Shown piece after piece: positions 39,857 to 49,856 of a stretch of DNA of 64,000 nucleotides. Origin of the DNA: an uncultured Verrucomicrobiae bacterium (lineage in GTDB: Bacteria > Verrucomicrobiota > Verrucomicrobiia > Chthoniobacterales > UBA10450); contig CAVTMK010000002.1 in assembly GCA_963735805.1 (NCBI GenBank), positions 256,001 to 320,000 of the forward strand. Reading direction: 5' to 3'. Below the pieces are notes generated by a model. It had not been told where the DNA came from. It ran no database searches and worked only from the letters and a program-made list of their open reading frames with translations. The position numbers and the translations under genes were made by a program. The first letter of the stretch is position 1. Every line of letters begins with the position of its first letter.

Positions 39857-40722
39857 AACAGCTCATCGTTAACGCGGACGACCTGGGACTGACGCCGGGA
39901 GTAAATCGAGGGATCCTGAGGGCGTTTCAAGATGGAATTGTAACCAGCGCCTCGTTGCTTGTGACGGGGGGTGCATTCGATCAGGCGGTCGCGTTGGCTC
40001 GGCAGAACCCGGATCTCGATATTGGCCTTCATCTAACGCTAGTGGAAGAACGCGCCGTCCTGGGACGAGAACTCCTGTCGACCCTGCTCGATGAAACAGG
40101 GCGGTTTCCGCGCACCAGTGGAGAATTTTTCAGACGCGCCTTTCTCGGGCGCATCAGCTGGGATGAGGTCGAGCGTGAGATCGCGGCCCAGATCGCGCGT
40201 TTTCAAAAGACAGGGCTACCGCTATCCCATCTGGATAGCCACCAGCATCTCCACATGTTCCCCCCGATCTTCCAAATCGTTAGGCGACTTACAAGCAGGA
40301 TGGATCATGTTTGGATTCGCAATTCTGCCGGCCCGTGGCGAAAATCGCCGGGTGTCCCAATGAGACGTTGGACACAGCAGCTTGGTTTGAATCTGACCTG
40401 CCTGTCGTCGCGAAGTTTGCGCGGCCAGACCCCGCCGCGAACGCCGGACGGTATGTACGGATTCGACTTCAGCGGCTGTTTAACTCGCCCCGCGCTCGAA
40501 CGAACACTCCGTAAAATTCCCGACGGCCTGTATGAATTGGTTTGCCATCCCGGTGAAGATGACGTTGATACGCGGACGCGATACAGTCATTGGGATTATC
40601 GGTGGGCTGAGGAACTGAAGGCTCTGACCGCGCCCGAAACGAAAGTAGTTCTGAAGGAACAGAGGATTGCACTGACCTCGTTCGCGCGGGCGGTTGGACG
40701 TGAGAACACGTTAGGCTCCTAA
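39853..40722 (+). CDS. YdjC/ChbG/HpnK family deacetylase
   Basis: LIVNADDLG, GLHLTL, HLDSHQHLH, ELVCHPG. Confidence 0.9.
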   Translation: MKQLIVNADDLGLTPGVNRGILRAFQDGIVTSASLLVTGGAFDQAVALARQNPDLDIGLHLTLVEERAVLGRELLSTLLDETGRFPRTSGEFFRRAFLGRISWDEVEREIAAQIARFQKTGLPLSHLDSHQHLHMFPPIFQIVRRLTSRMDHVWIRNSAGPWRKSPGVPMRRWTQQLGLNLTCLSSRSLRGQTPPRTPDGMYGFDFSGCLTRPALERTLRKIPDGLYELVCHPGEDDVDTRTRYSHWDYRWAEELKALTAPETKVVLKEQRIALTSFARAVGRENTLGS

Positions 40723-40794
40723 TAAATTGGCGTTGCTCTTTACTCTTAAGAATTTGTTAACTTCATCTTTCCACGCAGACCAGGATCGCGTTCC

Positions 40795-41994
40795 ATGATT
40801 GAGGAGCACCACGGTTTCGATTGCGTCGTCATTTTAGGTGATGAATCGGCCAATTGGCAGATCGCCGGATTGCGCCAGCTTGATCGGCTCGTGCTGGGGA
40901 TCGATGAATTCGCCGAAGCAATGGGAACGGCAAACAAGATTGAGGTTGTCGTTTTCTGGAAACCTGAGATTCCACTTTCGGAGCGATTGTTGCCCAAGCA
41001 CCCACGAATCACGCGTGTTCGGGTAACCGAAGCTTCCGGTTCGGTTGAACCGGAAGCACGCGTTCTCACTACGCGCTTGTTCATCGCGCGAAATGCTTTA
41101 TCGAAGTTTTTTCGAACGACGCCCCCGGTGAAGATCGAGCAACCGATTGTCGACCTAACAGAAGCGTGGCCACGACTCTTCGAACAGTTCGAGAGAACTT
41201 GTCGAAGCGCGACCCGCGCTGAGGAAGAGGACTGGCGTTTTCTGGCGAAGTCGAGCGAGATTGTCGCCAACGAAAAACGCCTCCTTCGCCACAGCGGCAA
41301 GTCGCAGGACGGAATGGTTTCGAAGTTTTTGAACCGCCCGATCTCACGCGTAATCACGCGGCTTCTCCTTAAGCTGCCGATTACTCCCAACGCTTGGACG
41401 ATATTGATCTTTGCGCCCGCTCTTGTGGCTTTTGTGTTTTTGATGCGCGGTGACTACACCGGGTTCCTGGTAGGGACTGCACTTTTCCAATTGATCAATA
41501 TTTTGGACGGATGCGACGGCGAGATTGCGCGCGCCAAGTATCTCGATTCGGAACAGGGCCGGCGCCTGGACGCCTTCTGCGATTTCATCGCCAATCTGAT
41601 TTTTGTTCTCTGCCTAGGGATCGGTCTCTTCCGGCAACCGTCGGTGAGCGCAAACGTTGGCTTCGTTTATCTGCTCGAGAGTTTGATCACGTTCTTTTTA
41701 ATGGCGCGCGGGCTTGGCCGTTACCTCACGCCGCTTCTCGTTCGCGACACCACGCGCGTAGTCTCGCGACGGCAGGAAGACTTCCGCATCGCGGAGCGTT
41801 TTTTCGGCCGCGCGCTGCCCGCTCTCATTTTTCAAATCACTCAGCGCGACATGATTTATTTTGTGTTTCTTCTTTTGGCGATCGCCGGACGCGCGTCATG
41901 GATTCTGCACATTCTTTTCGCCTTTTCGGTGATCACACTGCTCTTCAGACTGTTCAGGAGAAGTTTGCGGCTGGCCGCAGAAACACACTGGTAA
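40795..41994 (+). CDS. CDP-alcohol phosphotransferase with N-terminal extra domain
   Basis: GKSQDGMVSKFLNRPISR, TPN, DGCDGEIAR...GRRLDAFCD. Confidence 0.85.
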   Translation: MIEEHHGFDCVVILGDESANWQIAGLRQLDRLVLGIDEFAEAMGTANKIEVVVFWKPEIPLSERLLPKHPRITRVRVTEASGSVEPEARVLTTRLFIARNALSKFFRTTPPVKIEQPIVDLTEAWPRLFEQFERTCRSATRAEEEDWRFLAKSSEIVANEKRLLRHSGKSQDGMVSKFLNRPISRVITRLLLKLPITPNAWTILIFAPALVAFVFLMRGDYTGFLVGTALFQLINILDGCDGEIARAKYLDSEQGRRLDAFCDFIANLIFVLCLGIGLFRQPSVSANVGFVYLLESLITFFLMARGLGRYLTPLLVRDTTRVVSRRQEDFRIAERFFGRALPALIFQITQRDMIYFVFLLLAIAGRASWILHILFAFSVITLLFRLFRRSLRLAAETHW

Positions 41995-42115
41995 TGTGGT
42001 CGGTGATCGCCGGGACCCGTGAAAATTTGTGCAAAGTGTTTTGGTCGCGCATAGGCACTCGAGCAAGGTGCGTCTGGCCTGATAAAACTGATGGAAGACA
42101 CCTGCAACACCTGAT

Positions 42116-43444
42116 ATGACGGAACCTTTGCGCCCGCCATTATTGATCGTCGCAGATTCGCCGGAGGCGCTGACGGACCTGTGCGGCATCTCGTTGCTGG
42201 AACGAATGCGTCGCATCGCACTGAACCTCGGTTTTCGCGAAGCGATGATTTTGTCCAACTCCGTGAAGGCGGTGGCGGCGCATGTCGCCAATGAGTCGTG
42301 GCGTCGTGCAGATGTGTCGCTCACGTTCCGGGAGCGCAACGGTGCGAAGGTCACGGTTGGCGATATTCTAGATTGCCTCGCTGCCCTGAAGGTCGCCGCC
42401 GACGGGCGGATCCTCATCGTATTCGCGGGTTTTTATTGCGATGAACGCCTGCTGCGCTCGCTCGCCGACGCACAGACCAACTCCGCTCTCATCGATTCGG
42501 ATCCCCCATCGATTATTGCGCCGCTTTTGGAAAATGCAGATCCCCATTCTTCCAGCCGGCTTTTGTGTGCAGCTCTGCTCTCCAGCGAATGGCTTTCGCA
42601 AAAAAATTGCGCTGACACACTAGTGGAAGAGATTACTTCGGATACGATGGCGGGTCGCATAGCGCGCGTCGACGCTGCCCGACAGCAAGCATACGTTGGA
42701 AGTATGCGCAGGAGTGTGCGGCCGGTCTTCTTTCCAGCTCCTTCGCTCGAGCGCCGTTCGCTGGCTGAAGGTTTGCTCCGTGACACGACACAAAAAGGTG
42801 TCCTTGATTTTCCGGCGCTTGTGCACGCACCGATTGAGAAGTGGCTGGTCTCGCATCTCTGCCGAACGACGATCACTCCGAATCAGATCACGTTTGGAAC
42901 CGGAGTTCTCGGTCTGGGCGTGACGCTGCTTTATGCCTGCGGCTATCTTTGGGCTGGAGTGTTGCTGGCCCTGGTTATTGGAGTTCTCGATGGCGTTGAT
43001 GGCAAGCTCGCACGATTGAAAGCGCAAACGACCAAGCTTGGAAAGAAGGAGCACGACGTCGATTATGTTGTTGAAACGTCGTGGTGGATGGCGCTGGCGT
43101 ATCATTTCCACGCCACCGGTCAAATTCGTTACGCTTACGTAATTTTCGTCGCTTTCTTTGCTTTCCATAGGCTGGAACGCGTGGCCAAAAAAGCCGTTCA
43201 ACGACGAATTGGTCGAAACCTGGATGATTTCGCTCCATTTGATCGCCTCGTGCGTATCGTTGCTGGCCGCCGGAACATTTATACCTGGCTGTTCGCCTTT
43301 TTTCTTGTCATTGGCGCCCCGGCGACTGGCTTCATATGGCTCTGCTTCTGGGGGGTGGCGAGCGCGGTCATCTACATCTTTCGTGCGTTGCAAATTTGCT
43401 TCACCGGCCAGGATAAACTGGCGGCAACGTCAACTCCATCGTGA
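42116..43444 (+). CDS. CDP-alcohol phosphotransferase with degenerate NTP-transferase-like N-terminal domain
   Basis: LCGISLLER N-terminus; ITPNQIT, DGVDGKLAR...GKKEHDVD (variant motif). Confidence 0.8.
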   Translation: MTEPLRPPLLIVADSPEALTDLCGISLLERMRRIALNLGFREAMILSNSVKAVAAHVANESWRRADVSLTFRERNGAKVTVGDILDCLAALKVAADGRILIVFAGFYCDERLLRSLADAQTNSALIDSDPPSIIAPLLENADPHSSSRLLCAALLSSEWLSQKNCADTLVEEITSDTMAGRIARVDAARQQAYVGSMRRSVRPVFFPAPSLERRSLAEGLLRDTTQKGVLDFPALVHAPIEKWLVSHLCRTTITPNQITFGTGVLGLGVTLLYACGYLWAGVLLALVIGVLDGVDGKLARLKAQTTKLGKKEHDVDYVVETSWWMALAYHFHATGQIRYAYVIFVAFFAFHRLERVAKKAVQRRIGRNLDDFAPFDRLVRIVAGRRNIYTWLFAFFLVIGAPATGFIWLCFWGVASAVIYIFRALQICFTGQDKLAATSTPS

Positions 43445-43480
43445 AAGAGGCTTGGCCTGCGGCTGTCGATCTGACGGTAC

Positions 43481-44197
43481 TTAAGAAATCGAACTTCGCG
43501 CGCCGCCCGGGTTGCTGGCGATAATGCGGCCGTCTTTCATCTCGTGGATCCAATCACAGGCTTCGGCGATAACCGGGTTGTGAGTGGCCAACAACAGGGC
43601 TTTCTCACCTTGTTGCACAATATTCTGAAGCAACTCAAAGGCGCGCTCCGAGTTGGCAGTGTCGAGATTGCCTGTGGGCTCATCCGCCAGAATGACTCGC
43701 GGATCATTGGCGAGAGAGCGTGCGATTGCCACACGTTGTTGTTCGCCTCCAGAAAGATGACGGCTGGGCCTCCGCAATTTGTCGCCCAAGCCAACCGCTT
43801 CCAGCAGGCCGGCAGCACGTTCTCGCATCTCACTATCGGAAAGTTTCCCGAGCTTGCGCATCGGAATCATCACGTTCTCCTGTGCGGTGAAATCCTCCAT
43901 CAAAAAATGGAATTGAAAAATGAAACCGATGAATTTGCTCCGTCTTCGCGCGAGCTCATCGTCGCTCAGCTGCGAAACCGGCTCCGATTCGATTGAAACG
44001 CGGCCAGCATCAGGCAGATCGAGCAGGCCAAGAATGTAGAGCAACGAACTTTTGCCGCATCCGGACGGGCCGACAACCGCATGGACACTGCCAGGGTCGA
44101 TATCCAGCGAGACACCCCGGAGAGCGTGCACACGCTCTTCCTCTTCGCCCAAATAGCGTTCGATTCCTTCGCAGCTGAGACAGGTGCCTGCGTTCAT
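43481..44197 (-). CDS. ABC transporter ATP-binding protein (LolD/MacB-like)
   Basis: [30 protein letters not shown]. Confidence 0.92.
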   Translation of the reverse strand: MNAGTCLSCEGIERYLGEEEERVHALRGVSLDIDPGSVHAVVGPSGCGKSSLLYILGLLDLPDAGRVSIESEPVSQLSDDELARRRSKFIGFIFQFHFLMEDFTAQENVMIPMRKLGKLSDSEMRERAAGLLEAVGLGDKLRRPSRHLSGGEQQRVAIARSLANDPRVILADEPTGNLDTANSERAFELLQNIVQQGEKALLLATHNPVIAEACDWIHEMKDGRIIASNPGGARSSIS

Positions 44198-45432
44198 CTG
44201 GAACCTCGAATCGTGACTACAGGTGGCAATTCAGCAGCGCGACGCGCGGGGACGTAACTTGCGATGAACACCGCCACGATCGCCAACAAGGTCGCAAACA
44301 CGTAGTGTCTCCAGTCCCATGTCACTAAAAAGTAGTTCGTGTACAGCAAACCGCGGAGATGAATAGGAATGTGCGATACGCCCCAGGTCATTAACGCACC
44401 GAGCAGGCAACCGAGCAGCGAGCCCGCCACCGCGATCAGCGCGCCTTGCCACAAAAAAATGGATGAAATGTCGATGCGCCGGTAGCCCATCGAACGCAGA
44501 ATCGCGATCTCCTTTATTTTCGCGAGCACCGACATGGTCAGAACATTAAAAATTCCAAAGCCGGCTAACAGGATGATCAGGGAGACAGTGATGGCGACAG
44601 ACATTCTGAGAGTGAGAAAAAGCTGTAGCGTGCTTTCTTCGCGTTCCTGCCAGCTCGAGGCGTTATGTTGAAAGAGTGTTTCAAAACGGCTGGCCAACGC
44701 CGGTGCACGGTTCGGATTTCGCAGTTTGTATATGATCATCGACGCGCCGGAGGGCTGTTGCAGCAGGGCTTGCGCGACCCTGGCGTGCGAATAAACCCGT
44801 GTTGAATCGATCGAGCCGATTCCTGCGCGAGCGATCGCAGCAACCGTGAATCGCCAGTACTCGCCGTTGGGCGCGAGCAATTGCACAGTGTCGCCTACTC
44901 CAGCTTGAAGTAACTCAGCCAGACGCGAGCCGATGATGATCGAGCTGGTGTTATTTCGAAAGTCATCAAAGTTCCCGTCAATTAACTGATGGAGAATATC
45001 CGTCGTCCGCGCATGTAGAGCGGGATCGACACCGTAGAGGTCGACCGTCGCATTCTCAAATCCTGCGCGGGCGCTCACCGTTCCGCGCAGGACTGGGGAA
45101 CAGGAAACCACGTTGGAAAATTGCCTGCTCACCCGCATAATTTCATTGGCGTTAGTAATGCCTTCAAAGTAAAGACGACGTCCAACCGTCGTTCCCTTAG
45201 AGCCCTTAGCAGAAACCATCAGCGGTTCATAACGCGGGCGAAAACGCGATCTGATGACCAGCGCGCCATTGCTACCGATGGTTGAGTCGATGAAATACCG
45301 CGAAAACCCCTGGGTTTGCGCTTGGGTGCAGATAAAGATCGCGACTCCGAAAACGACCCCGCTAAGACTCAGAAGTAGTGCCCTCTTGCGATGCGTCAGA
45401 AAGCGCAACGCAATATAAAGCGGCGGAGTCAT
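44194..45432 (-). CDS. ABC transporter permease (LolC/E, FtsX-like)
   Basis: EIAILRSMG, PARRAAELPPV; large periplasmic loop. Confidence 0.9.
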   Translation of the reverse strand: MTPPLYIALRFLTHRKRALLLSLSGVVFGVAIFICTQAQTQGFSRYFIDSTIGSNGALVIRSRFRPRYEPLMVSAKGSKGTTVGRRLYFEGITNANEIMRVSRQFSNVVSCSPVLRGTVSARAGFENATVDLYGVDPALHARTTDILHQLIDGNFDDFRNNTSSIIIGSRLAELLQAGVGDTVQLLAPNGEYWRFTVAAIARAGIGSIDSTRVYSHARVAQALLQQPSGASMIIYKLRNPNRAPALASRFETLFQHNASSWQEREESTLQLFLTLRMSVAITVSLIILLAGFGIFNVLTMSVLAKIKEIAILRSMGYRRIDISSIFLWQGALIAVAGSLLGCLLGALMTWGVSHIPIHLRGLLYTNYFLVTWDWRHYVFATLLAIVAVFIASYVPARRAAELPPVVTIRGSR

Positions 45433-46586
45433 GGTTCTTTCGGCGGCGGCGGTGAATTGATCATCCGTTGCCGTACTGCTTCGCCAGCATGGAATTTGTC
45501 CTGGTCAGACACGATTACGTGGCTGCCTTCTGTCAGGCCGCTGGTTACTTCTGCAAAATCGAGAGTGCGAAATCCAACGCCGACCGTGCGAGAATGCACA
45601 ATACCTCCCTTCACGACCAGCGCCTGATCGACAAGAAGCGCGCGCGTCGGCACCAGAAGAGCATTTTTGTGTGTCCCGGTAATAATGTTCATCTCGCCGG
45701 TCATTCCAGTCATCAAGTTGTCGGGAGGGTCTTCCATCTCCAGAACAACAGTGTACCGCTGAGTCGTCGGATCGGCTGCGGGTTGGACTGAAGAAACGCG
45801 CGCGGTGAAAGTTTTGGTCCGGTAAGCGTACAATTGAAGTTTTGCCTTCATTCCCGGCTTCACTTCACCTACGTCTTCTTCGTTTACTTCGCCGCGGACG
45901 TAATTCTTGTGCGAAGAGACGGTGAAAAGCTCATTGCCGTCTGAAACCAGTTCGCCGTCAATTGTCTGGACATTCGTGAGAACGCCGTCGATTGGCGCAC
46001 GGACTTCTGAATTCTTCATCTGAGCCTCGAGTTTTTTCGTCGTTGCTTGAAGCGAGTTGAGATTGCGATCGCGCTCAATCCGCTCCGATTCTACCGCGCC
46101 TCGCAGCCGATTTACTTCGCTCTTCGCCTTTTGATATTCGACCGCGGGCACATTGCCCGAGGCCACGACCTTTTCGAGTCGTTGCAGGTTGTCTTCAGCT
46201 GCTTTAAGCAGCTCCGAAGAAGGGAGCGGAAGAGCCGCACGATCGGTGGCCGCCTGTAAATCGGCGCGAGCCTGCTTCAGGTCCCGGGATGTTTCCTCAT
46301 CGGCGATCGTCGCCAATAACTGTCCTTTCTCAACGCTCTTGCCGATTGCACCACGACCAGCCGAGAAAGCTTCTGCCAACCGGAGGAACCCGTCATTCTG
46401 CGCACGAACCCGCACCACAAAGGCAGGCTCAATCCGCACAGTTCCATAAACCGCGGAAATGGCCGTCCCACGGCGGACTGTGACCACTTCCGCCACCGGC
46501 ATCAGGAAATAATATGCCACCGCGAAAAGGAGCAAGAGTGCTGCTCCGCCACCCAACAAAACTCTTTTTGATTCCGGCAATTTCAA
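45429..46586 (-). CDS. Periplasmic adaptor (membrane fusion) protein
   Basis: N-terminal TM, VEKGQLLA, VRAPIDG, VKPG; TTG start at 46586 chosen, uncertain. Confidence 0.85.
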   Translation of the reverse strand: MKLPESKRVLLGGGAALLLLFAVAYYFLMPVAEVVTVRRGTAISAVYGTVRIEPAFVVRVRAQNDGFLRLAEAFSAGRGAIGKSVEKGQLLATIADEETSRDLKQARADLQAATDRAALPLPSSELLKAAEDNLQRLEKVVASGNVPAVEYQKAKSEVNRLRGAVESERIERDRNLNSLQATTKKLEAQMKNSEVRAPIDGVLTNVQTIDGELVSDGNELFTVSSHKNYVRGEVNEEDVGEVKPGMKAKLQLYAYRTKTFTARVSSVQPAADPTTQRYTVVLEMEDPPDNLMTGMTGEMNIITGTHKNALLVPTRALLVDQALVVKGGIVHSRTVGVGFRTLDFAEVTSGLTEGSHVIVSDQDKFHAGEAVRQRMINSPPPPKEP

Positions 46587-46782
46587 TTTTTGAAAACTAG
46601 TTTGGTGTCGAGGCCCATTCTTTTCAATAAACCGGTGGTCGCCGGTTATTTTTCGCGCCTCGGCCTTTTGCCAGATATCCGAAAGCATTAATCCCAAGAC
46701 ACCGCGGCAGAAATGTCCGTTCGATCAGCGAAGGATAATTAAGAACGGCCCAACCGTAACGCACAAGTGCTGTATACTTTGT

Positions 46783-46858
46783 TGCAGTTACCTCGTTGTG
46801 TCGAGGCGCGTTCGCCGGGTTTGATAGCTGCCATTGTGACGCAGCGCCGCGCCTACAG
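46783..46858. repeat. REPIN-like GTAG palindromic element
   Basis: Minus strand CTGTAGGCGCG...GCCTCGACACAACGAGGTAACTGCA resembles GCCTCGACTCAGCGAGGCGGCTACA at 61701. Confidence 0.5.
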
Positions 46859-46886
46859 CTCAGTGCAACCTGTTCACGCACTGTAT

Positions 46887-48242
46887 CTAGCGCGATTTCG
46901 TGTTGTCGTCGGAAAATTGAAAATAACGGCCGGTGGCGCGGTCCCACTCAGCTACGGCCAGATTGTGTTCATAAATGGCCTCTAACAATCCGCTCTTCGT
47001 CTCCAAAAAGGCATTTTGTGTGACGCGATATTCCAGTGGCGACGCCAAGCCGTTGGCAAGGTTTTCCTGCACGGCGCGCGCGCTTTCCTCTGCGGCGGTC
47101 GCTGCAGAGACAAGCGATTCTTCACGGACCTCCGTTGTTTTGAGATCGTTCGCGATGCGGGAAAGCTCACGAGGGATATTCACTTCCAGTTTTCGGCAGG
47201 TCAGTTCGTTTATCTCTCGGGCGGAGCGCGCCTTGAGCACTGCGCCTCCCACCTTTCCATTATCGACGACGCGCCAGGTGTATACTGCCTTCTCGCGAAC
47301 TTCTGACCCGATAAAATCCTGGTTCCTGCTCGTTGATCCCTCGCGATGAATTCCAGACACCGGAACCCATTCTCCGGGAAAGCTTCCCGTTAGGATAGGG
47401 TAGTAGTCAGCTGCGATAATCCGTTGATCTTCGTTGGCCGCGCGCACGAACAAACGTGCGAGTTTGACATCAGCCCTCCGCTGTAAGGCCGCCGTGGTTT
47501 CGGAATCCAGATCGACACGGATTGGGATAGATTGCAGTTCGCCTTCGGGATCGGGCAATAACGCATTTGACGGGTCAATCCCCATCGCTAAGGCCAACTG
47601 CAATTGCGCGCCCAAATAGGCGCGATGCGCGCCTTCAACCTTTGTGTCTAATTCAGACGCCTGAACGGTGGCGCTTGTAAGCGCGGTCTTATCGGCCAGC
47701 CCGGCGTCGAAACGAGTTTTTTGAGTAGTAACGTTCTCCTGGAGCCTTCGTTGCTGTTCTCTGCGGATGGATTCCAGCGATCGATTGTAGAGTGCTGCGT
47801 AAAAAGCCTGGCGCGCGGCATGCAACTGCTCCACCACAGCGACATTCAATTGCTGTTGCGCAATTAGGACCTCAACGTCTCCCCGCCGCAGAGAAGCGGG
47901 CAGGCCAGCGTTGAACAAAGTTTGTGTCAAAACACCCCGTCCCACGGCAAAGCCTTTGACTCCGCTTTCCCCCGCGCGATGGCCCCCCTGAACGCCGGCC
48001 GGCAAGCCCAATTCAGCGTCCGGCCAAACCACCGACCGAAAAACCAGCCGTTGCCCGGCAGCTTGCTCCAAACCTGATTTCGCTTCCTGGATGGCCGGAT
48101 TTCGTTCCAGTGTGGTTTGCAGGACAGTCTGCAGCGTGACTGCGCCAGCAGTTTGCGCGCAACAAACTGCCACCAGCGAAATGACAACCTTTGCCACGGC
48201 GCGCGGCCCGAGACTTTTCCCAAATAGAAATCGTTTGTTCAT
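46887..48242 (-). CDS. TolC family outer membrane protein
   Basis: Signal peptide, two OEP-like helical repeats. Confidence 0.8.
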   Translation of the reverse strand: MNKRFLFGKSLGPRAVAKVVISLVAVCCAQTAGAVTLQTVLQTTLERNPAIQEAKSGLEQAAGQRLVFRSVVWPDAELGLPAGVQGGHRAGESGVKGFAVGRGVLTQTLFNAGLPASLRRGDVEVLIAQQQLNVAVVEQLHAARQAFYAALYNRSLESIRREQQRRLQENVTTQKTRFDAGLADKTALTSATVQASELDTKVEGAHRAYLGAQLQLALAMGIDPSNALLPDPEGELQSIPIRVDLDSETTAALQRRADVKLARLFVRAANEDQRIIAADYYPILTGSFPGEWVPVSGIHREGSTSRNQDFIGSEVREKAVYTWRVVDNGKVGGAVLKARSAREINELTCRKLEVNIPRELSRIANDLKTTEVREESLVSAATAAEESARAVQENLANGLASPLEYRVTQNAFLETKSGLLEAIYEHNLAVAEWDRATGRYFQFSDDNTKSR

Positions 48243-49633
48243 CGCTGACCTAATTTTTGCGGTGGATGTGCAATGTCCACAGCTTGCGTTTCCTTGCGTT
48301 TTTCTTTCTTTGCGCTCTCGATTCTTGATCCGAAATCGAGCGCTTCCGCAGAACTCGCGCAGGCGTGCGTCAGGCGCGCAAGAGCCACGTTGTGCAAGTA
48401 AATTGCGCTGAGTCGCGTTGTGCGAGTCCGGGTCACGTCGGATGCGGCTTGCAGGATGTCGAGCTGTGTTCCGAGGCCGGCAGCGAAATTGCTTTTGGCA
48501 ATCTCGAGTGATTCATCCGCGGCCTGAACGTTATTGGTCTCCGTTTCAAGCACGCGATCAGCCTGTTGGAGATCAAAAAAAGCGCCGCGCACTTCTGAGG
48601 CAACAGCGCGCCGAGCCGCCGCCAATGCCTGGACGGCCGCTTCGCGCCGGGCACGCGTGGCTTGCAAGCGCCCTTTCGTTGCGAGCCCATCGAAAATGTT
48701 CCATGTCGCGTTTATCCCCACGACATATCCGTAATTAAATTCGGGACCGACGGCGGGATCGCGCTCGCTATAAACCTCATAGCCGGAAAAAGCGCGGACG
48801 TGCGGCCGCAACGCGCTCTTATCCAGGATGGACTGCTGGTCCTCAATCTCTATGTCTTTCTGCCGAGCTTTAATGACCGGCCGATTTGCGTCCGCGCGCG
48901 CAAGGCAATCGTTTAGGTCAGGGTGATTCGGCTGGTACTGCAATTCTCCCGCAACCTCAAACGGTGCCGCCGGTCCTGGACGAGCCTCCAATCCAAAAAG
49001 GTCTCCCAGTCGCAGGTAGGAATCTTTTAGTTGCGTCTCAGCGTTGAAGAGCTCCGGTTGCTCGTTAGCCAGGGCCACTTCGGCGCGTTGCACGTTTAAT
49101 TTGCCAACGATTCCAGCATTGAAACTTTGCTGCTGGTTCTTGAGTTCCTCGTCCAGGACCTGGACCGAACCTTGTCGCACTCGCATTTTTGCCCGATTCA
49201 GCAGAAGATCGTTAAAGGCGACCCGGACATCCATTGCCACATGGCTGGCCGTCTCCTGTAACTCGTAATTCTGCTTCTCAATATTCAACTGCGCGATGGC
49301 ACGTTGGCTGGTTATCTGTCCGCCAGTATAGAGATTCTGTTCGACTTTGAGCGTTACGTTGTAATCTTCCTGCCGGAGTTGAGACTGGCTCTGTTGCTGC
49401 CGTTTATCGTACAGCCCACTTGAACTGAGGGATGGAAGAAATCCTGAGCGCGCTTCAATGAACCCGCCGCCTGCCGCAATTACTTTCTTGCGTGCGATCG
49501 CGATGTCGGGATTCTGGGCCAGCGCGAGAGCGACTGCCTGGTCGATAGTGTAAGTGGGGACCGCGCTGAATGCTCGCGACGACAGGGATAGAGCGGCAAT
49601 CAGTATGCCGATGGCCGCGAGCTTCGAGCGCAT
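48239..49633 (-). CDS. TolC family outer membrane protein
   Basis: AVALALAQNPDI, LYTGG, WNIFDG, FAAGLGTQLDILQA. Confidence 0.88.
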   Translation of the reverse strand: MRSKLAAIGILIAALSLSSRAFSAVPTYTIDQAVALALAQNPDIAIARKKVIAAGGGFIEARSGFLPSLSSSGLYDKRQQQSQSQLRQEDYNVTLKVEQNLYTGGQITSQRAIAQLNIEKQNYELQETASHVAMDVRVAFNDLLLNRAKMRVRQGSVQVLDEELKNQQQSFNAGIVGKLNVQRAEVALANEQPELFNAETQLKDSYLRLGDLFGLEARPGPAAPFEVAGELQYQPNHPDLNDCLARADANRPVIKARQKDIEIEDQQSILDKSALRPHVRAFSGYEVYSERDPAVGPEFNYGYVVGINATWNIFDGLATKGRLQATRARREAAVQALAAARRAVASEVRGAFFDLQQADRVLETETNNVQAADESLEIAKSNFAAGLGTQLDILQAASDVTRTRTTRLSAIYLHNVALARLTHACASSAEALDFGSRIESAKKEKRKETQAVDIAHPPQKLGQR

Positions 49634-49856
49634 TTCGTATATATCCTTGTAAGGGCCTTCCTTGCACCAGGATTGCCCGTGACTTTTGCCCTTATATCAG
49701 TTCTTGCAAGCGGGCGCGACTTCGGAGACATTCGGCGCTTGCAATAGTCGGAACCGCTCCAGGTGGGCGGGCGCAACTGTCGTGACTGAAGCGGCCTAAC
49801 TTGTGTCTTGCTCCGAATAATGTAATTCAGGTAGTTTTCAGCTTAACAATCTAGAA

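Noticed and set aside
39853..40722. Hopanoid cluster suggested by the HpnK-like deacetylase
   Set aside because: No squalene-hopene cyclase or hpn radical-SAM genes in the window
47385..47394. TCCCGTTAGG match to the tRNA-Glu 3' end as a distant attR enclosing the lipid cluster
   Set aside because: Only 10 bp and inside an intact tolC gene; plausibly chance
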